A DNA stretch of 64,000 bases from Gemmatimonadota bacterium (GCA_038153405.1 JAYOYH010000007.1:32001-96000), one strand, 5' to 3'. Positions 1-9,650 are shown, counted from the first letter of the stretch. The notes: generated by a model from the letters alone, not told the origin. Numbers and translations are program-made.

Positions 1-1131
1 GAATCGCAGCGGGTTGACGGAGCAGTCCTCTGCGCCGGCGCGGCGCTGTCCTCTGCGGTGTATTTGGTCTTGCGCACGCGCCATTGGCTGGGACGGGGAG
101 TGCTGTTCTGGCTGGCGGCAATGAGTCTGACTAGCGTAGTGCCGCTCAACGTGGTAGTCAACGAACACCGACTCTATCTCGGCTCGGTTGGGCTATGTGC
201 CCTACTGGCGGGGCTGCCCATGGGGCCCGGGCGCCGCATGGTGCGCCGTCTCGGCGTGGTCTACTTGCTCTTCCTTGCCGCTCTTGGGTGGCAGCGCAAT
301 GCCGTATGGCAAGACGAGTATAGCCTGTGGAGCGATGCGGTAGACAAGGCGCCGAACTCATTTCGCGCTCTGAGCAATTTAGGTTTGGCCCAGCTCGAGC
401 GCGGAGATCTGGAGGCGGCGCGCCAAACGCTGGAGCGCGCCCTCGATCTCAACCCGGAATACGGACGCACTTGGAGCAATATGGGCTTGGTCTACGAGGA
501 GCTAGGCGCCTATGATAGAGCCGAGTCTGCCTATCGAAAGGCCGTTGCGCTGCGCCCCGATTGGACGGGATTTCGCCTCCAACTAGGGCGTCTGTACTTA
601 GGATTGGGGCGCTATGGAGAGGCGATTGCCCTGCTGGCAGACGCTGCTGTGGGCGATGTGCACTCGGGGGCCGTGCACGCGCTGCTGGGGTTGGCCCATC
701 AGCGTGCAGGGAGGATACAACTTGCTGTAGAGCAATATGATAAAGCAATAACATTAGGTAATTTATCAATTGAGTTATTCAATAATTTGGGGTTGGCCCG
801 GCAGGATATTGGCGATTGGGATGGCGCGCGTCGAGCGTTTAGCCAGGCGCTAGAGCGGGCACCGGAAGATGGTCCGACTCACATCAACCTGCGCATGCTA
901 GCATTGCGGCGATCGGGGCGGTCGCTGCTCGAGTGCTATGAGCAGCTGGTCGTGGAGTTCCCACGGCAGGCCGATCTGTGGCGCGCCTTGGCCAGCGAAT
1001 TGGCCGGCGTCGGCCGCCTTGGCGAGGCCATAGACGCCTGTCAGAAAGTGTTAGAGATCCATCCACAAGACCGCCGGGCGAGGGACAATATAATGCGCCT
1101 GCGGGCGCTGGATTCAACGCCTTCCGATTGA
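1..1131 (+). CDS. Membrane protein with C-terminal TPRs, TMTC-like O-mannosyltransferase family (5' partial)
   Basis: Frame is open from base 1. TM segments with NEHRLYL and RNAVWQDEYSLW motifs (TMTC/DUF1736-like) are followed by multiple TPRs. Confidence 0.7.
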   Translation, partial: ESQRVDGAVLCAGAALSSAVYLVLRTRHWLGRGVLFWLAAMSLTSVVPLNVVVNEHRLYLGSVGLCALLAGLPMGPGRRMVRRLGVVYLLFLAALGWQRNAVWQDEYSLWSDAVDKAPNSFRALSNLGLAQLERGDLEAARQTLERALDLNPEYGRTWSNMGLVYEELGAYDRAESAYRKAVALRPDWTGFRLQLGRLYLGLGRYGEAIALLADAAVGDVHSGAVHALLGLAHQRAGRIQLAVEQYDKAITLGNLSIELFNNLGLARQDIGDWDGARRAFSQALERAPEDGPTHINLRMLALRRSGRSLLECYEQLVVEFPRQADLWRALASELAGVGRLGEAIDACQKVLEIHPQDRRARDNIMRLRALDSTPSD

Positions 1132-1210
1132 CAGAAAGGACGGTGAATCCGTTCTTTGACAGACGCTTTTTTCTCCTGAATTTACAACCTGTTGAGGCAC
1201 TTACCAGAGC

Positions 1211-3010
1211 ATGGACGCATCGCGCATCCGCAACTTTTCGATTATCGCTCACATAGATCACGGCAAGTCGACGCTGGCCGATCGCCTGCTCGAAAAAACG
1301 GCCACGCTCACGCAAAAACAGATGCAGGAACAGGTCCTCGACAGCATGGACCTTGAGCGTGAACGCGGCATTACGATCAAGGCGCATGCCGTGCGCATGA
1401 ACTACCAGGCTCGCAGCGGCGAAATTTACCAGTTTAACCTTATCGACACGCCGGGTCACGTCGATTTCACCTACGAAGTGTCGCGCAGCCTGGCCGCCTG
1501 TGAGGGTGCGCTGCTCGTAGTAGACGCTACGCAGGGGGTCGAGGCGCAAACCGTGAGCAACCTGCTGCTGGCCATGAATAACGATCTGGCCATCATTCCC
1601 GTGCTCAATAAAATCGATATGCCTGCGGCACAGGTCGACTCGGTCAAGCAGCAAGTGTTGGATTTACTCGGGGGCAGCGAAGACGAGATTCTCTGCATCA
1701 GCGCCAAATCCGGGATCGGCATAGACGATGTATTGGAGGCGGTGGTCGAACGCATACCGGCGCCTACCGGCCGGCGCGAAGCGCCTCTGCGCGCGCTGAT
1801 CTTCGACTCGCTCTACGACCAGTACCGCGGTGTGATATGCTTTATTCGCGTGGTGGATGGAACCCTGCGCAAGGGGCAGAAAGTGCGCTTTTACTCGACG
1901 GGAGTCGTCTACGAAGTGGAGGAAGTGGGCACGCTGGTGCTCGATCGAGTCGCGACGCCGGAGCTGCTGGCCGGCGAAGTGGGCTATCTGACGGCCAATA
2001 TCAAGGAGCTTGACGAGGCCGGGGTGGGCGATACCGTGATGAATGTCGGCGGGGAGGACGTGCCGCCCCTACCCGGTTACCAACCGCTCAAGCCCATGGT
2101 GTTTAGCGGCATTTATCCGGTTAACCCGGATGTCTACGAGGAACTGCGCGACGCATTGGAGCGGCTCAAGCTCAACGACGCGGCCTTCTCCTACGAACCG
2201 GAGACCTCGCCCGCGCTTGGCTTTGGCTTCCGCTGCGGGTTTCTCGGCCTGCTGCACATGGAAATTATTCAGGAGCGCCTCGACCGCGAGTACCAAGTTG
2301 AAATCATCACTACGCTGCCCAATGTGCGCTACGAAGTCCTCAAGAAAAACGGCGAATTAATCGAGGTGGAAAACCCCTCTTTACTACCGCCCGCCGTAGA
2401 GATCGACGAGGTGCGCGAACCCATTCTATCGGTGCAAATACTGGCGCCGAGCGAGTTTATTGGCGCGGTGATGAAGATTTGCAACGATCGTCGAGGCCAC
2501 TATCTCAACACCGAGTATCTCGATGGCAGCCGCGCCATCCTCAGCTTTGAGCTGCCCCTTTCAGAGGTGGTTATCGACTTCTATGATCGCCTTAAGTCGT
2601 CTACGCGCGGCTACGCTTCCTTCGACTATGAGCACAAGGAAATGCGCGCTGGGCCGTTGGCCAAGCTCGATATACTCATCAACGGCGAACCACTCGACGC
2701 GCTTTCGGCCATTATTCACCGGGACAACGCCCCTGTGTGGGGTCGCAAGCTCTGTCTCAAGCTGAAAGAGCTGATTCCGCGCCAGATGTTCGAGGTCATT
2801 ATTCAGGGAGCAGTGGGCAATAAGATCATCGCGCGCGAAGTGGTGCGGCCCTTCCGCAAGAACGTCATTGCCAAGTGCTATGGGGGCGATATAACGCGCA
2901 AGCGCAAATTGCTCGAGAAGCAAAAGGAAGGCAAGAAGCGCGCCAAGCAGTTCGGCAAGGTCGAAATCCCTCAGGAGGCCTTTCTGGCCGCGCTCAAAAT
3001 GGAAGATTGA
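1211..3010 (+). CDS. lepA: Translation elongation factor 4 (LepA)
   Basis: IRNFSIIAHIDHGKSTLADRL, DTPGHVDF, NKID and C-terminal KCYGGDITRKRKLLEKQKEGKKR; 599 aa. Confidence 0.99.
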   Translation: MDASRIRNFSIIAHIDHGKSTLADRLLEKTATLTQKQMQEQVLDSMDLERERGITIKAHAVRMNYQARSGEIYQFNLIDTPGHVDFTYEVSRSLAACEGALLVVDATQGVEAQTVSNLLLAMNNDLAIIPVLNKIDMPAAQVDSVKQQVLDLLGGSEDEILCISAKSGIGIDDVLEAVVERIPAPTGRREAPLRALIFDSLYDQYRGVICFIRVVDGTLRKGQKVRFYSTGVVYEVEEVGTLVLDRVATPELLAGEVGYLTANIKELDEAGVGDTVMNVGGEDVPPLPGYQPLKPMVFSGIYPVNPDVYEELRDALERLKLNDAAFSYEPETSPALGFGFRCGFLGLLHMEIIQERLDREYQVEIITTLPNVRYEVLKKNGELIEVENPSLLPPAVEIDEVREPILSVQILAPSEFIGAVMKICNDRRGHYLNTEYLDGSRAILSFELPLSEVVIDFYDRLKSSTRGYASFDYEHKEMRAGPLAKLDILINGEPLDALSAIIHRDNAPVWGRKLCLKLKELIPRQMFEVIIQGAVGNKIIAREVVRPFRKNVIAKCYGGDITRKRKLLEKQKEGKKRAKQFGKVEIPQEAFLAALKMED

Positions 3011-3013
3011 GCA

Positions 3014-3721
3014 ATGGGCAAGAAGGGGGCGACCAAAGCGGCTAAGGGAACCGTTCGCCGCTCCGGTACTCGCGCGGGTCGCGCGGGTTGGCTCGGTGCC
3101 GCGCTAGCGGTTTTGGCCCTGCTTGGTGCGGTGCTGTACCTGTCTATCGCCCTGCCCTACCGCGTTCCCTCGCGCGCCATGGAAGATACCCTATTGGCGG
3201 GGGATTACCTACTGATAGAAAAGCTCAGCTATGGGGCTCGGTTGCCCTTTGCCACTGGGCGGTTTCCTGCCATGGGGCAAGTCGATGTCGGCGACGTCGT
3301 CGCATTTCACCTGCCCGAAGATCCCCAGCGGATCTATATCAAGCGCTGTATGGCTACGCAGGGACAGGTCGTGGAGATCATCGACAAAGTGCTCTACGTC
3401 GATGGCCTACGCGTCCCCGATCCGCCCTTTTCAAAATACATCGATGCGCGCGTATTGGCCCCCGAGCGCAGCACGCGCGACCATTGGGGCCCGGTTGAAG
3501 TGCCCGCCGGTAGCATCTTTCTCGTGGGCGACAACCGCGATAATAGCCGCGATAGCCGCGCTTGGGGATTTGTGCCCGTCGAAGCGTTGGTCGGACGGGC
3601 CGTTGCGGTGCTCTTTTCCCTGTATCCGCAGCCCGGCGCCGATGACGTGCCGCTGTGGGCTGCGCTGGGTGGACTCGCCGAGCGCGTGCGCTGGGAGCGT
3701 CCCGGAACCTGGGTTGATTGA
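3014..3721 (+). CDS. lepB: Signal peptidase I
   Basis: TM helix, PSRAMEDTLLAGD (Ser), YIKRC (Lys), GDNRDNSRDSR; directly after lepA. Confidence 0.95.
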   Translation: MGKKGATKAAKGTVRRSGTRAGRAGWLGAALAVLALLGAVLYLSIALPYRVPSRAMEDTLLAGDYLLIEKLSYGARLPFATGRFPAMGQVDVGDVVAFHLPEDPQRIYIKRCMATQGQVVEIIDKVLYVDGLRVPDPPFSKYIDARVLAPERSTRDHWGPVEVPAGSIFLVGDNRDNSRDSRAWGFVPVEALVGRAVAVLFSLYPQPGADDVPLWAALGGLAERVRWERPGTWVD

Positions 3722-4905
3722 GCGTGCTGCGCGGCCTCTATATTCACATACCTTTCTGCCCGCAAATCTGTCCCTACTGCGCCTTCGCATCGCTGCGCGG
3801 CCGCGATCATCTACACGAACCCTATATGGCCGCTCTGCGCCTGGAACTGGAGCGCTGGGCCGAGATGCGTCCGCCCTTGCCGCTGGACACCGTATTTATC
3901 GGCGGCGGAACGCCCACTCAGATTGCCCCGGCCCTACTGGCTGATCTAATAGAAGCCGTTGACGCCGTGTTGGGCGTGGGCGACAGAGCGGAAATAACGA
4001 TTGAGGCCAATCCAGGTACCGTCGATGAGAAGGCCTTTGCCGACCTGCGCGCGGCCGGCTGCACGCGCCTGAGTTTGGGCGTGCAGTCTTTTGACGATGG
4101 CGCTCTCAAGCGGCTGGGGCGCGTGCACAGCGCCGCCGATGCCGAGCGCGCCTTTGAAAGGGCGCGCCGGGCGGGTTTTGACAACGTCAGCATAGATCTC
4201 ATCTTCAGCGTGCCCGGCGTGGGACGGGAGGTCTGGCAGAGCAGCGTGGTTAGGGCCATAGACTTGGGACCGGAGCACATATCGGCCTATGCGCTGACCA
4301 TAGAAGAGGGCACGACGTTCGCCCAACGCCAGCGCGATGGGCTCCTAATCGCACTGGGTGAAGACGAGGATGCCGAGCAGTACGAATGGACGCGTCGGCG
4401 CCTGATCGAAGCGGGATTCGATCAGTACGAAGTATCGAACTTCGCCCGCGGCGGGTTCCATTCGCGCCACAATTGGGGCTATTGGACGGGAGTTGAGTAC
4501 CTTGGCCTCGGTCTTTCGTCCCACAGTTATTTGGGGGGAGAACGCTTTTGGAATACGCGCGAAATAGATGCGTACATAGACCGGCTCAAAGGCGGTCTGT
4601 CGCCGATTGTCGGGAGCGAGCGGGTCGACGAGCAGACGGCGCGTCGCGAGCGCTTTTGGCTGGGTTTGCGGACGAGCCAAGGCGTTGCGTTGAGCGTCGA
4701 TGAAAGTGCTCTATTGGCGTCGAGTATGCGCTTTGGTCAGCTGGTCGGAGCCGGTTATCTCGCCGTGGTTGGGGGGTATTTATCCCTCGAGGAGGCGGGC
4801 TGGAGTCTGGCCGATTTGCTGGCGGTGGAAGTGACTGATATACTAGAAGAGGCACCCCTTTGCCGCGCCGCAACTTCGCAGGAAAACGGGATTAGAGGAT
4901 ATTGA
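3718..4905 (+). CDS. hemW: Radical SAM heme chaperone HemW
   Basis: LYIHIPFCPQICPYCAF (CxxxCxxC), GGGTPT, QYEVSNF, SRHN; TTG start overlaps the lepB stop. Confidence 0.92.
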   Translation: MSVLRGLYIHIPFCPQICPYCAFASLRGRDHLHEPYMAALRLELERWAEMRPPLPLDTVFIGGGTPTQIAPALLADLIEAVDAVLGVGDRAEITIEANPGTVDEKAFADLRAAGCTRLSLGVQSFDDGALKRLGRVHSAADAERAFERARRAGFDNVSIDLIFSVPGVGREVWQSSVVRAIDLGPEHISAYALTIEEGTTFAQRQRDGLLIALGEDEDAEQYEWTRRRLIEAGFDQYEVSNFARGGFHSRHNWGYWTGVEYLGLGLSSHSYLGGERFWNTREIDAYIDRLKGGLSPIVGSERVDEQTARRERFWLGLRTSQGVALSVDESALLASSMRFGQLVGAGYLAVVGGYLSLEEAGWSLADLLAVEVTDILEEAPLCRAATSQENGIRGY

Positions 4906-6605
4906 ATAAAACACTTTGTATATGGCTTCTGATCGGTTTGGCCCTAGGGTCTCCGGTCCGCGCTCAACAAGCGGAGCGGGAAGGAGAAGGAGAAGATGAA
5001 CTGCGCCAGGAGCCGAGCGATATGTCCGCGAACGACGCACCTCTCATCGGTATGGAAGCATATCGCGAAGTGCTGGAGTCCGGCGCGTATTTGGTGGGCC
5101 CGGGAGACGAGTTTCTCGTTTACGTGCCGGGCATGATGTCGCCGATGTATAACCGCGTGTTGGCTGAAGGAGGGGTATTTATTCCCCAAGTGGGCATTAT
5201 CAGCGTCGGTGGACTAAGTTTGGGCGAGGCGAGGCGCCGCGTGCAGCAGCGCTTTGCCGAAGTAGTGCACCTGGGAGAGCTGAGCTTTGAACTGAGTGAG
5301 GCGCGACAATTCCCCGTTCCCGTTCTCGGGCTGGTCTCCGAACCGGGGATATATAAGGCCAGCGGAATAGAGCGGGTAAGCCAGATCATAGACAAGGCCG
5401 GTGAACTAGAGGAAAAGGCAACGACGCGCAATATTCACCTCATAAAAACGGCCGGTGTATCGGCCGAAGACCGCGTGCAACTCAGCAAACGCCTCGCCCT
5501 CGGCCTCAGTGCTGAGGGAATGGATGGGGTGGAGATTGGAAGGGTGGATATCGACATGTATCGGATAACGGGTGAATCGCAGTATAACCCGTTTATCGAA
5601 GACGGTGATATTATTCTCGTCACTGCTTCTCTCGGCCGCATGGCCTGCTTTGGTGCGATAAATCGCTCGGGGTTTTACGAGTATGTGAAGGGAGACCGCT
5701 TGAGTGACCTATTGAGCCTAGCGCTTGGCCCGACTGTTGATATCGACTTTTCCAACACCTCGCTGTTTCGCTTTGAAAACGATCTTGAGGGGCGAGTGGC
5801 TCTCTCGGTCGATTTGCAAGCGGTATTGGATGGTGACCCGGAGGCCGATATCGAACTGCAAGCCGACGACTGGCTTAACGTGCGTTCCATTCCTGAATTC
5901 CACAAGAGGAGCGAGGTCTCCATTTTAGGTGAAGTGGCCTATCCGGGGTATTACGTTACCGATGTGGAAGGCATGGATCTGCGCTCGTTGGTGGCCAAGG
6001 CCGGCGGCTTCACTGAGCAGGCCGCCTTAGCAGAGGCGCGTATCGTGCGCCAACAAAGCGTAGAGGGGCAAAATCAACAAAGCAGGGTCGAGGAAATCGA
6101 TCCGGAATTTGAACGCATTCGCTTTATACCCGTAGTTGACCGCACGGAAGACGAAAACCAGTACTTCATTATGAAGTCGCGCGAGCGCGCTGGTCAGATG
6201 TCGGTCGATTGGGTCAAGCTCTTTATCGAGGGGGACGATTCGCACAACATAACGCTCTTGCCCGGTGATGTCATCGTGGTGCCTACGCTGCTGCGCACCG
6301 TGACGGTAAGCGGTGCCGTCGCCCAGCCCGGGACGGTTACATACGATGCGTCCTATACCGTGGAGGACTATATAGAGCGGACGGGGGGATTGGGATGGCG
6401 CGCCTCCGATGATGTGCGCATCATTAAGGGGTTAACTGGCGAGGTAAAACGCGCAAAGGATTATGTTGAGATCCAACCGGGCGATCGAATTTGGGTCAAG
6501 GAGAAGCCCGAGCGAGACTATTGGGAAATCTTTACGCAGGGCATGAACGTGATTGGCGAGGTGACGACAGTGGTGCTGCTCTTTGTAACGATTACGGGAA
6601 ACTGA
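4902..6605 (+). CDS. Polysaccharide export protein with SLBB domains (Wza/KpsD-like)
   Basis: Signal peptide, YLVGPGD Poly_export motif, repeated V.V.G.V..PG.Y SLBB motifs, C-terminal helix. Confidence 0.85.
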   Translation: MNKTLCIWLLIGLALGSPVRAQQAEREGEGEDELRQEPSDMSANDAPLIGMEAYREVLESGAYLVGPGDEFLVYVPGMMSPMYNRVLAEGGVFIPQVGIISVGGLSLGEARRRVQQRFAEVVHLGELSFELSEARQFPVPVLGLVSEPGIYKASGIERVSQIIDKAGELEEKATTRNIHLIKTAGVSAEDRVQLSKRLALGLSAEGMDGVEIGRVDIDMYRITGESQYNPFIEDGDIILVTASLGRMACFGAINRSGFYEYVKGDRLSDLLSLALGPTVDIDFSNTSLFRFENDLEGRVALSVDLQAVLDGDPEADIELQADDWLNVRSIPEFHKRSEVSILGEVAYPGYYVTDVEGMDLRSLVAKAGGFTEQAALAEARIVRQQSVEGQNQQSRVEEIDPEFERIRFIPVVDRTEDENQYFIMKSRERAGQMSVDWVKLFIEGDDSHNITLLPGDVIVVPTLLRTVTVSGAVAQPGTVTYDASYTVEDYIERTGGLGWRASDDVRIIKGLTGEVKRAKDYVEIQPGDRIWVKEKPERDYWEIFTQGMNVIGEVTTVVLLFVTITGN

Positions 6606-6609
6606 GCGC

Positions 6610-7800
6610 ATGCAAAGCGAAAAGACCCTGCTCGACTACGTCTACGTGTTGGTTAAATGGCGGCGCTTGATCCTCTGGCCTGTGCTTGTCGTCTCGCTGT
6701 GTGCGGCCGTCGTGGCCTTGCTGCTACCGGAGCGCTGGCAGGCCGACACCGTGCTCTTGCCCAGTGAGGAGAAACCGGGAAGCATTGAGATGTCGATGTT
6801 ATTGGGGCCCACTATGCCTGGCGGATTGGGCGGGTTATTGGGGCAGGCGACGCCGGGGGAACGCCTGCTGACCGTGCTGAAGAGTCGGCGCGTCTTAGGG
6901 GCGATGGTCGACCGCTTTGACCTCGTCGACGACTTCGACGTGCCCAATCGCGATTTGGCCATTGAGACGCTCCGCGAAATTGTTGAAGCGGAGCTGAGCC
7001 GCGACGGGGCACTCTTTGTGCAGGTCGAGGCGTCGAGCCCGCAGTTGGCGGCTGATTTAGCCAATGCCCTTGCGGCAGAGCTCGACGTAGTTGTGCGCCA
7101 AAACAAGCGGGAGCAGGCCGACGAACTGCGCGGCTTTTTGGAGAGCCGAATGGAGGCGGTGCAGGGGGAGATCGAGACCAAGGCGCTCCATATGCGCCGC
7201 TTTCAGGAGGAAAGGGGTGTCGTCGATCTGGAAGCACAGACGGCGGCCATGGTCGAGCTCACCCAGCACATCGTCCAAGAGCTGGCCATGCTCGAAGTAA
7301 AACTGGGCATTGCCCAGCGCCGCTTAAACCCCGATCACGAAGAGCGCCTGCTGCTAGAAATGGAGGCCGACGAACTGCGTCGACAGCTGCGGCGGGCCGT
7401 CGGCGATTTGGGGGGGACCGGCGTTGAGCAGCGCGGCCGAGATGACGCTTTTGCCGCATTGGGTCCCCCGCTGCGCCAGTGGCCGAGCCTAGGCTTGGAA
7501 TATGCCCAACTCAGCCTAGAGATGAAAGTGGCCGAACAAGTGCTGGTCTTCCTCGCCGCTCAGCTGGAAGACGCTAAATATCGCCAGGCACAGGACGCGC
7601 CCACGTTGCAAGTACTCGATCCGGCTTCCATTCCCGAGTTTCGCAGCGCGCCGGGCCGCACCCTCATCGTATTGATAGCGGCTGGGCTCAGCTTGGCTAT
7701 TGGCATCGTCTTGGCATTTTTCTGCGAGGCGCTGGGGGGGCTATCCAGCAATAACCGCGACAAAGTGCTGGCCATTCGCCAGGCGTGGGGCAATAATTAG
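6610..7800 (+). CDS. Polysaccharide co-polymerase / chain-length determinant (Wzz/GNVR), no kinase domain
   Basis: N-terminal TM (LLDYVYVLVKWRRLI), coiled coil, LQVLDPASIPEFRSAP before the C-terminal TM. Confidence 0.85.
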   Translation: MQSEKTLLDYVYVLVKWRRLILWPVLVVSLCAAVVALLLPERWQADTVLLPSEEKPGSIEMSMLLGPTMPGGLGGLLGQATPGERLLTVLKSRRVLGAMVDRFDLVDDFDVPNRDLAIETLREIVEAELSRDGALFVQVEASSPQLAADLANALAAELDVVVRQNKREQADELRGFLESRMEAVQGEIETKALHMRRFQEERGVVDLEAQTAAMVELTQHIVQELAMLEVKLGIAQRRLNPDHEERLLLEMEADELRRQLRRAVGDLGGTGVEQRGRDDAFAALGPPLRQWPSLGLEYAQLSLEMKVAEQVLVFLAAQLEDAKYRQAQDAPTLQVLDPASIPEFRSAPGRTLIVLIAAGLSLAIGIVLAFFCEALGGLSSNNRDKVLAIRQAWGNN

Positions 7801-7861
7801 TTCGTAATTTTTCTGGCCGGAATGGTGGCCGTGCCGATACAATAATTAGGTGGATTATTGT

Positions 7862-8053
7862 ATGAACTTTAAGAAAAATTACCCATTGCCCGAACATCTC
7901 AGCAGTGAAGATGCCCTGCCGCGCAGCCAAGAAGAGCGCTTGATGTGGATTCGACTGCGCGTTGAAAAGGGATATTACGAGAGCGAACGGGTTAAAAAGG
8001 CCGTGGCGGAAGCGTTTTTAGACCCGCCGGCCTACCGACGTGCCGGGGATTGA
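7862..8053 (+). CDS. Small protein with FlgM-like (anti-sigma) C-terminal motif
   Basis: AGGTGG RBS before ATG 7862. EERLMWIRLRVEKGYYESERVKKAVAEAFL resembles the FlgM C-terminal R/K-x-x-x-I-R/K-x-x-I/V-x-x-G-x-Y...A-x-x-hh pattern. Confidence 0.5.
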   Translation: MNFKKNYPLPEHLSSEDALPRSQEERLMWIRLRVEKGYYESERVKKAVAEAFLDPPAYRRAGD

Positions 8054-8075
8054 GTCAGGAAAAAAATACACATTG

Positions 8076-8112
8076 AAAAAGCGCCGCATCTGTAGAAGAT
8101 GCGGCTCTTTTT
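8076..8112. terminator. Bidirectional intrinsic terminator
   Basis: AAAAA..GCCGCATCT-gtaga-AGATGCGGC..TTTTT between the convergent small ORF and the tRNA. Confidence 0.8.
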
Positions 8113-8116
8113 CTTA

Positions 8117-8201
8117 TGGTGGGGGGAGCAGGATTCGAACCTACGAAGGCTGAGCCAACAGATTTACAGTCTGCCCCGTTTGACCGCTTCGGTATCCCCC
8201 C
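8117..8201 (-). tRNA. tRNA-Tyr: tRNA-Tyr (GTA), 85 nt, encoded CCA
   Basis: Reverse complement GGGGGGATACCGAAGCGGTCAAACGGGGCAGACTGTAAATCTG...GGTTCGAATCCTGCTCCCCCCACCA; 7-bp acceptor stem, GTA anticodon, long variable arm, TTCGA loop. Confidence 0.97.
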
Positions 8202-8225
8202 TAAAGTCGCAGCCAAGACTGCTAA

Positions 8226-8253
8226 AAAATAGGTGGGATTAGAAAACTGTCAA
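8226..8253 (-). promoter_or_regulatory. Putative tRNA promoter
   Basis: Minus strand TTGACA-N16-TATTTT about 25 nt upstream of the tRNA. Confidence 0.6.
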
Positions 8254-8258
8254 TACTT

Positions 8259-9107
8259 TCACGACTCGCTGGACAGGCTTTTCAGCGCTCCGTTGCGCGC
8301 CGGGTGGCGCAGCTTGCTCAGGGCCCGCTCCTTGAGCTGGCGAATGCGCTCGCGCGTTAGGTTCATCATATCGCCAATCTCTTCCAGCGTTAGCGCCTCA
8401 TTGCCGTCTAGACCAAAGTAAAGACGGATGATGCGCAGCTCGCGCTCATCCAACGTATTGAGGGCATTTTCCAGTTGGACGCGCGCCGACTCGCGCAGGA
8501 CGTCGGCGTCGGGCGATTCCAGCGACTGATCGGCCAGCGTGTTGAGCAGGCTGCGTTCGTCGTCGTCGGTAAACGACTCGTCGAGGGAACACACGGAGCG
8601 CGCGCTGAGAATGGTCTCCAGCACCTCTTCGGCCGGCACGTCGAGTTCCTCGGCAATTTCTTCTACATCGGGCTCGCTTTCGCGATCCTGGCCCAATTTG
8701 CGCGAGGCTTTGGAGATGTCTTTGAGCAAGCTCACTTTGTTGAGGGGGAGGCGGACCGTGCGCACGTGCTCGGCCAGCGTTTGCAGGATGGATTGGCGAA
8801 TCCACCAAACGGCATAGGATATGAACTTGTACCCCTTAGTACCGTCAAAGCGATCAGCGGCCGTTATGAGGCCCAGGTTGCCGGCGCTGATCAGATCGGA
8901 AAGCGATAAACCGCGGTTTTGATACTTCTTAGCTACGTCGACGACAAAGCGCAAATTGGCGCGAATCATCTCGTCGCGGGCGCGCATGTCGCCGTTTTTA
9001 ATGCGTTCTGCTAGCTCTACTTCACGTTCGCGGCTAAGCGGCGTGGATTCGGCGATATCGTCGAAGTAGAGTCGTAGGGTACTCTCCTCGTCGTGCAGAT
9101 TCTGCAT
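8259..9107 (-). CDS. RNA polymerase sigma factor, RpoD/SigA family lacking region 1.1
   Basis: ANLRFVVDVAKKY, DLISAGNLGL, KFISYAVWWIRQSIL, LTLEEIG..LTRERIRQ; 282 aa. Confidence 0.93.
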   Translation of the reverse strand: MQNLHDEESTLRLYFDDIAESTPLSREREVELAERIKNGDMRARDEMIRANLRFVVDVAKKYQNRGLSLSDLISAGNLGLITAADRFDGTKGYKFISYAVWWIRQSILQTLAEHVRTVRLPLNKVSLLKDISKASRKLGQDRESEPDVEEIAEELDVPAEEVLETILSARSVCSLDESFTDDDERSLLNTLADQSLESPDADVLRESARVQLENALNTLDERELRIIRLYFGLDGNEALTLEEIGDMMNLTRERIRQLKERALSKLRHPARNGALKSLSSES

Positions 9108-9174
9108 AGTTCCTCTCGTTTATCGTGTAGGGTTAAACGGAGCGATTGTACATAAGTTGAGATGCTCGGTCAAG

Positions 9175-9405
9175 TTATTTATCGCTCGGCGCGGCGGGGT
9201 GCAACACGTCGACGATGTATTTGTGGGCGCCCTCGTAGGGCTGATTGCCCAATTCGCGCGCGACTAAGAGAGCGCTCTCGACCAAAAGGCGGTCGCCTAA
9301 AGCGAGGTCGAGCAGCTGCTGTACGTGATCGGGGCGCAGGGCAAAGCGATCGGTTAGTAGCTGTATTGCGTCTGTGTCTTCCGGTGTAATTCCTGTGTCG
9401 AGCAT
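9175..9405 (-). CDS. Hypothetical 76-aa protein upstream of the sigma factor
   Basis: ATG start with purine-rich upstream sequence; co-oriented with the sigma gene. Confidence 0.55.
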   Translation of the reverse strand: MLDTGITPEDTDAIQLLTDRFALRPDHVQQLLDLALGDRLLVESALLVARELGNQPYEGAHKYIVDVLHPAAPSDK

Positions 9406-9637
9406 TGAAAAATCACTCTCGTAAATAAAGGGAAGGGGCGGAAGCTACCATTTGAAAACATACCAAGTGCCGCAGGTTTACGCCACCTGTTTGGCCCGCT
9501 CGGGGACAGGGCAAAGAAGGCCCCAAAGAGTTAGCCAATCGCCCCGATCTCCTGTAAGCAGAGCTAGTTAGCTGAAATTTATTGCGCGGGTATTACCGTG
9601 CCTTTGCAAAAGAAATTTTTAGTTTTAAATAAAAAAA

Positions 9638-9650
9638 AATCAATAAGTTA
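9638..9650. promoter_or_regulatory. IHF consensus-like site
   Basis: AATCAA-TAAG-TTA matches WATCAA-N4-TTR, with a 5' A/T tract, in an AT-rich intergenic region. Confidence 0.4.

Noticed and set aside
1128..1161. Twin TTGACAGA upstream of lepA as a promoter
   Set aside because: No convincing -10 at 16-18 nt spacing; the intervening hairpin may simply be a weak terminator
9455..9475. Sigma54-like site (minus strand CGGCAC-N5-ATGT) near the IHF-like motif
   Set aside because: The -12 element is GT rather than the near-invariant GC
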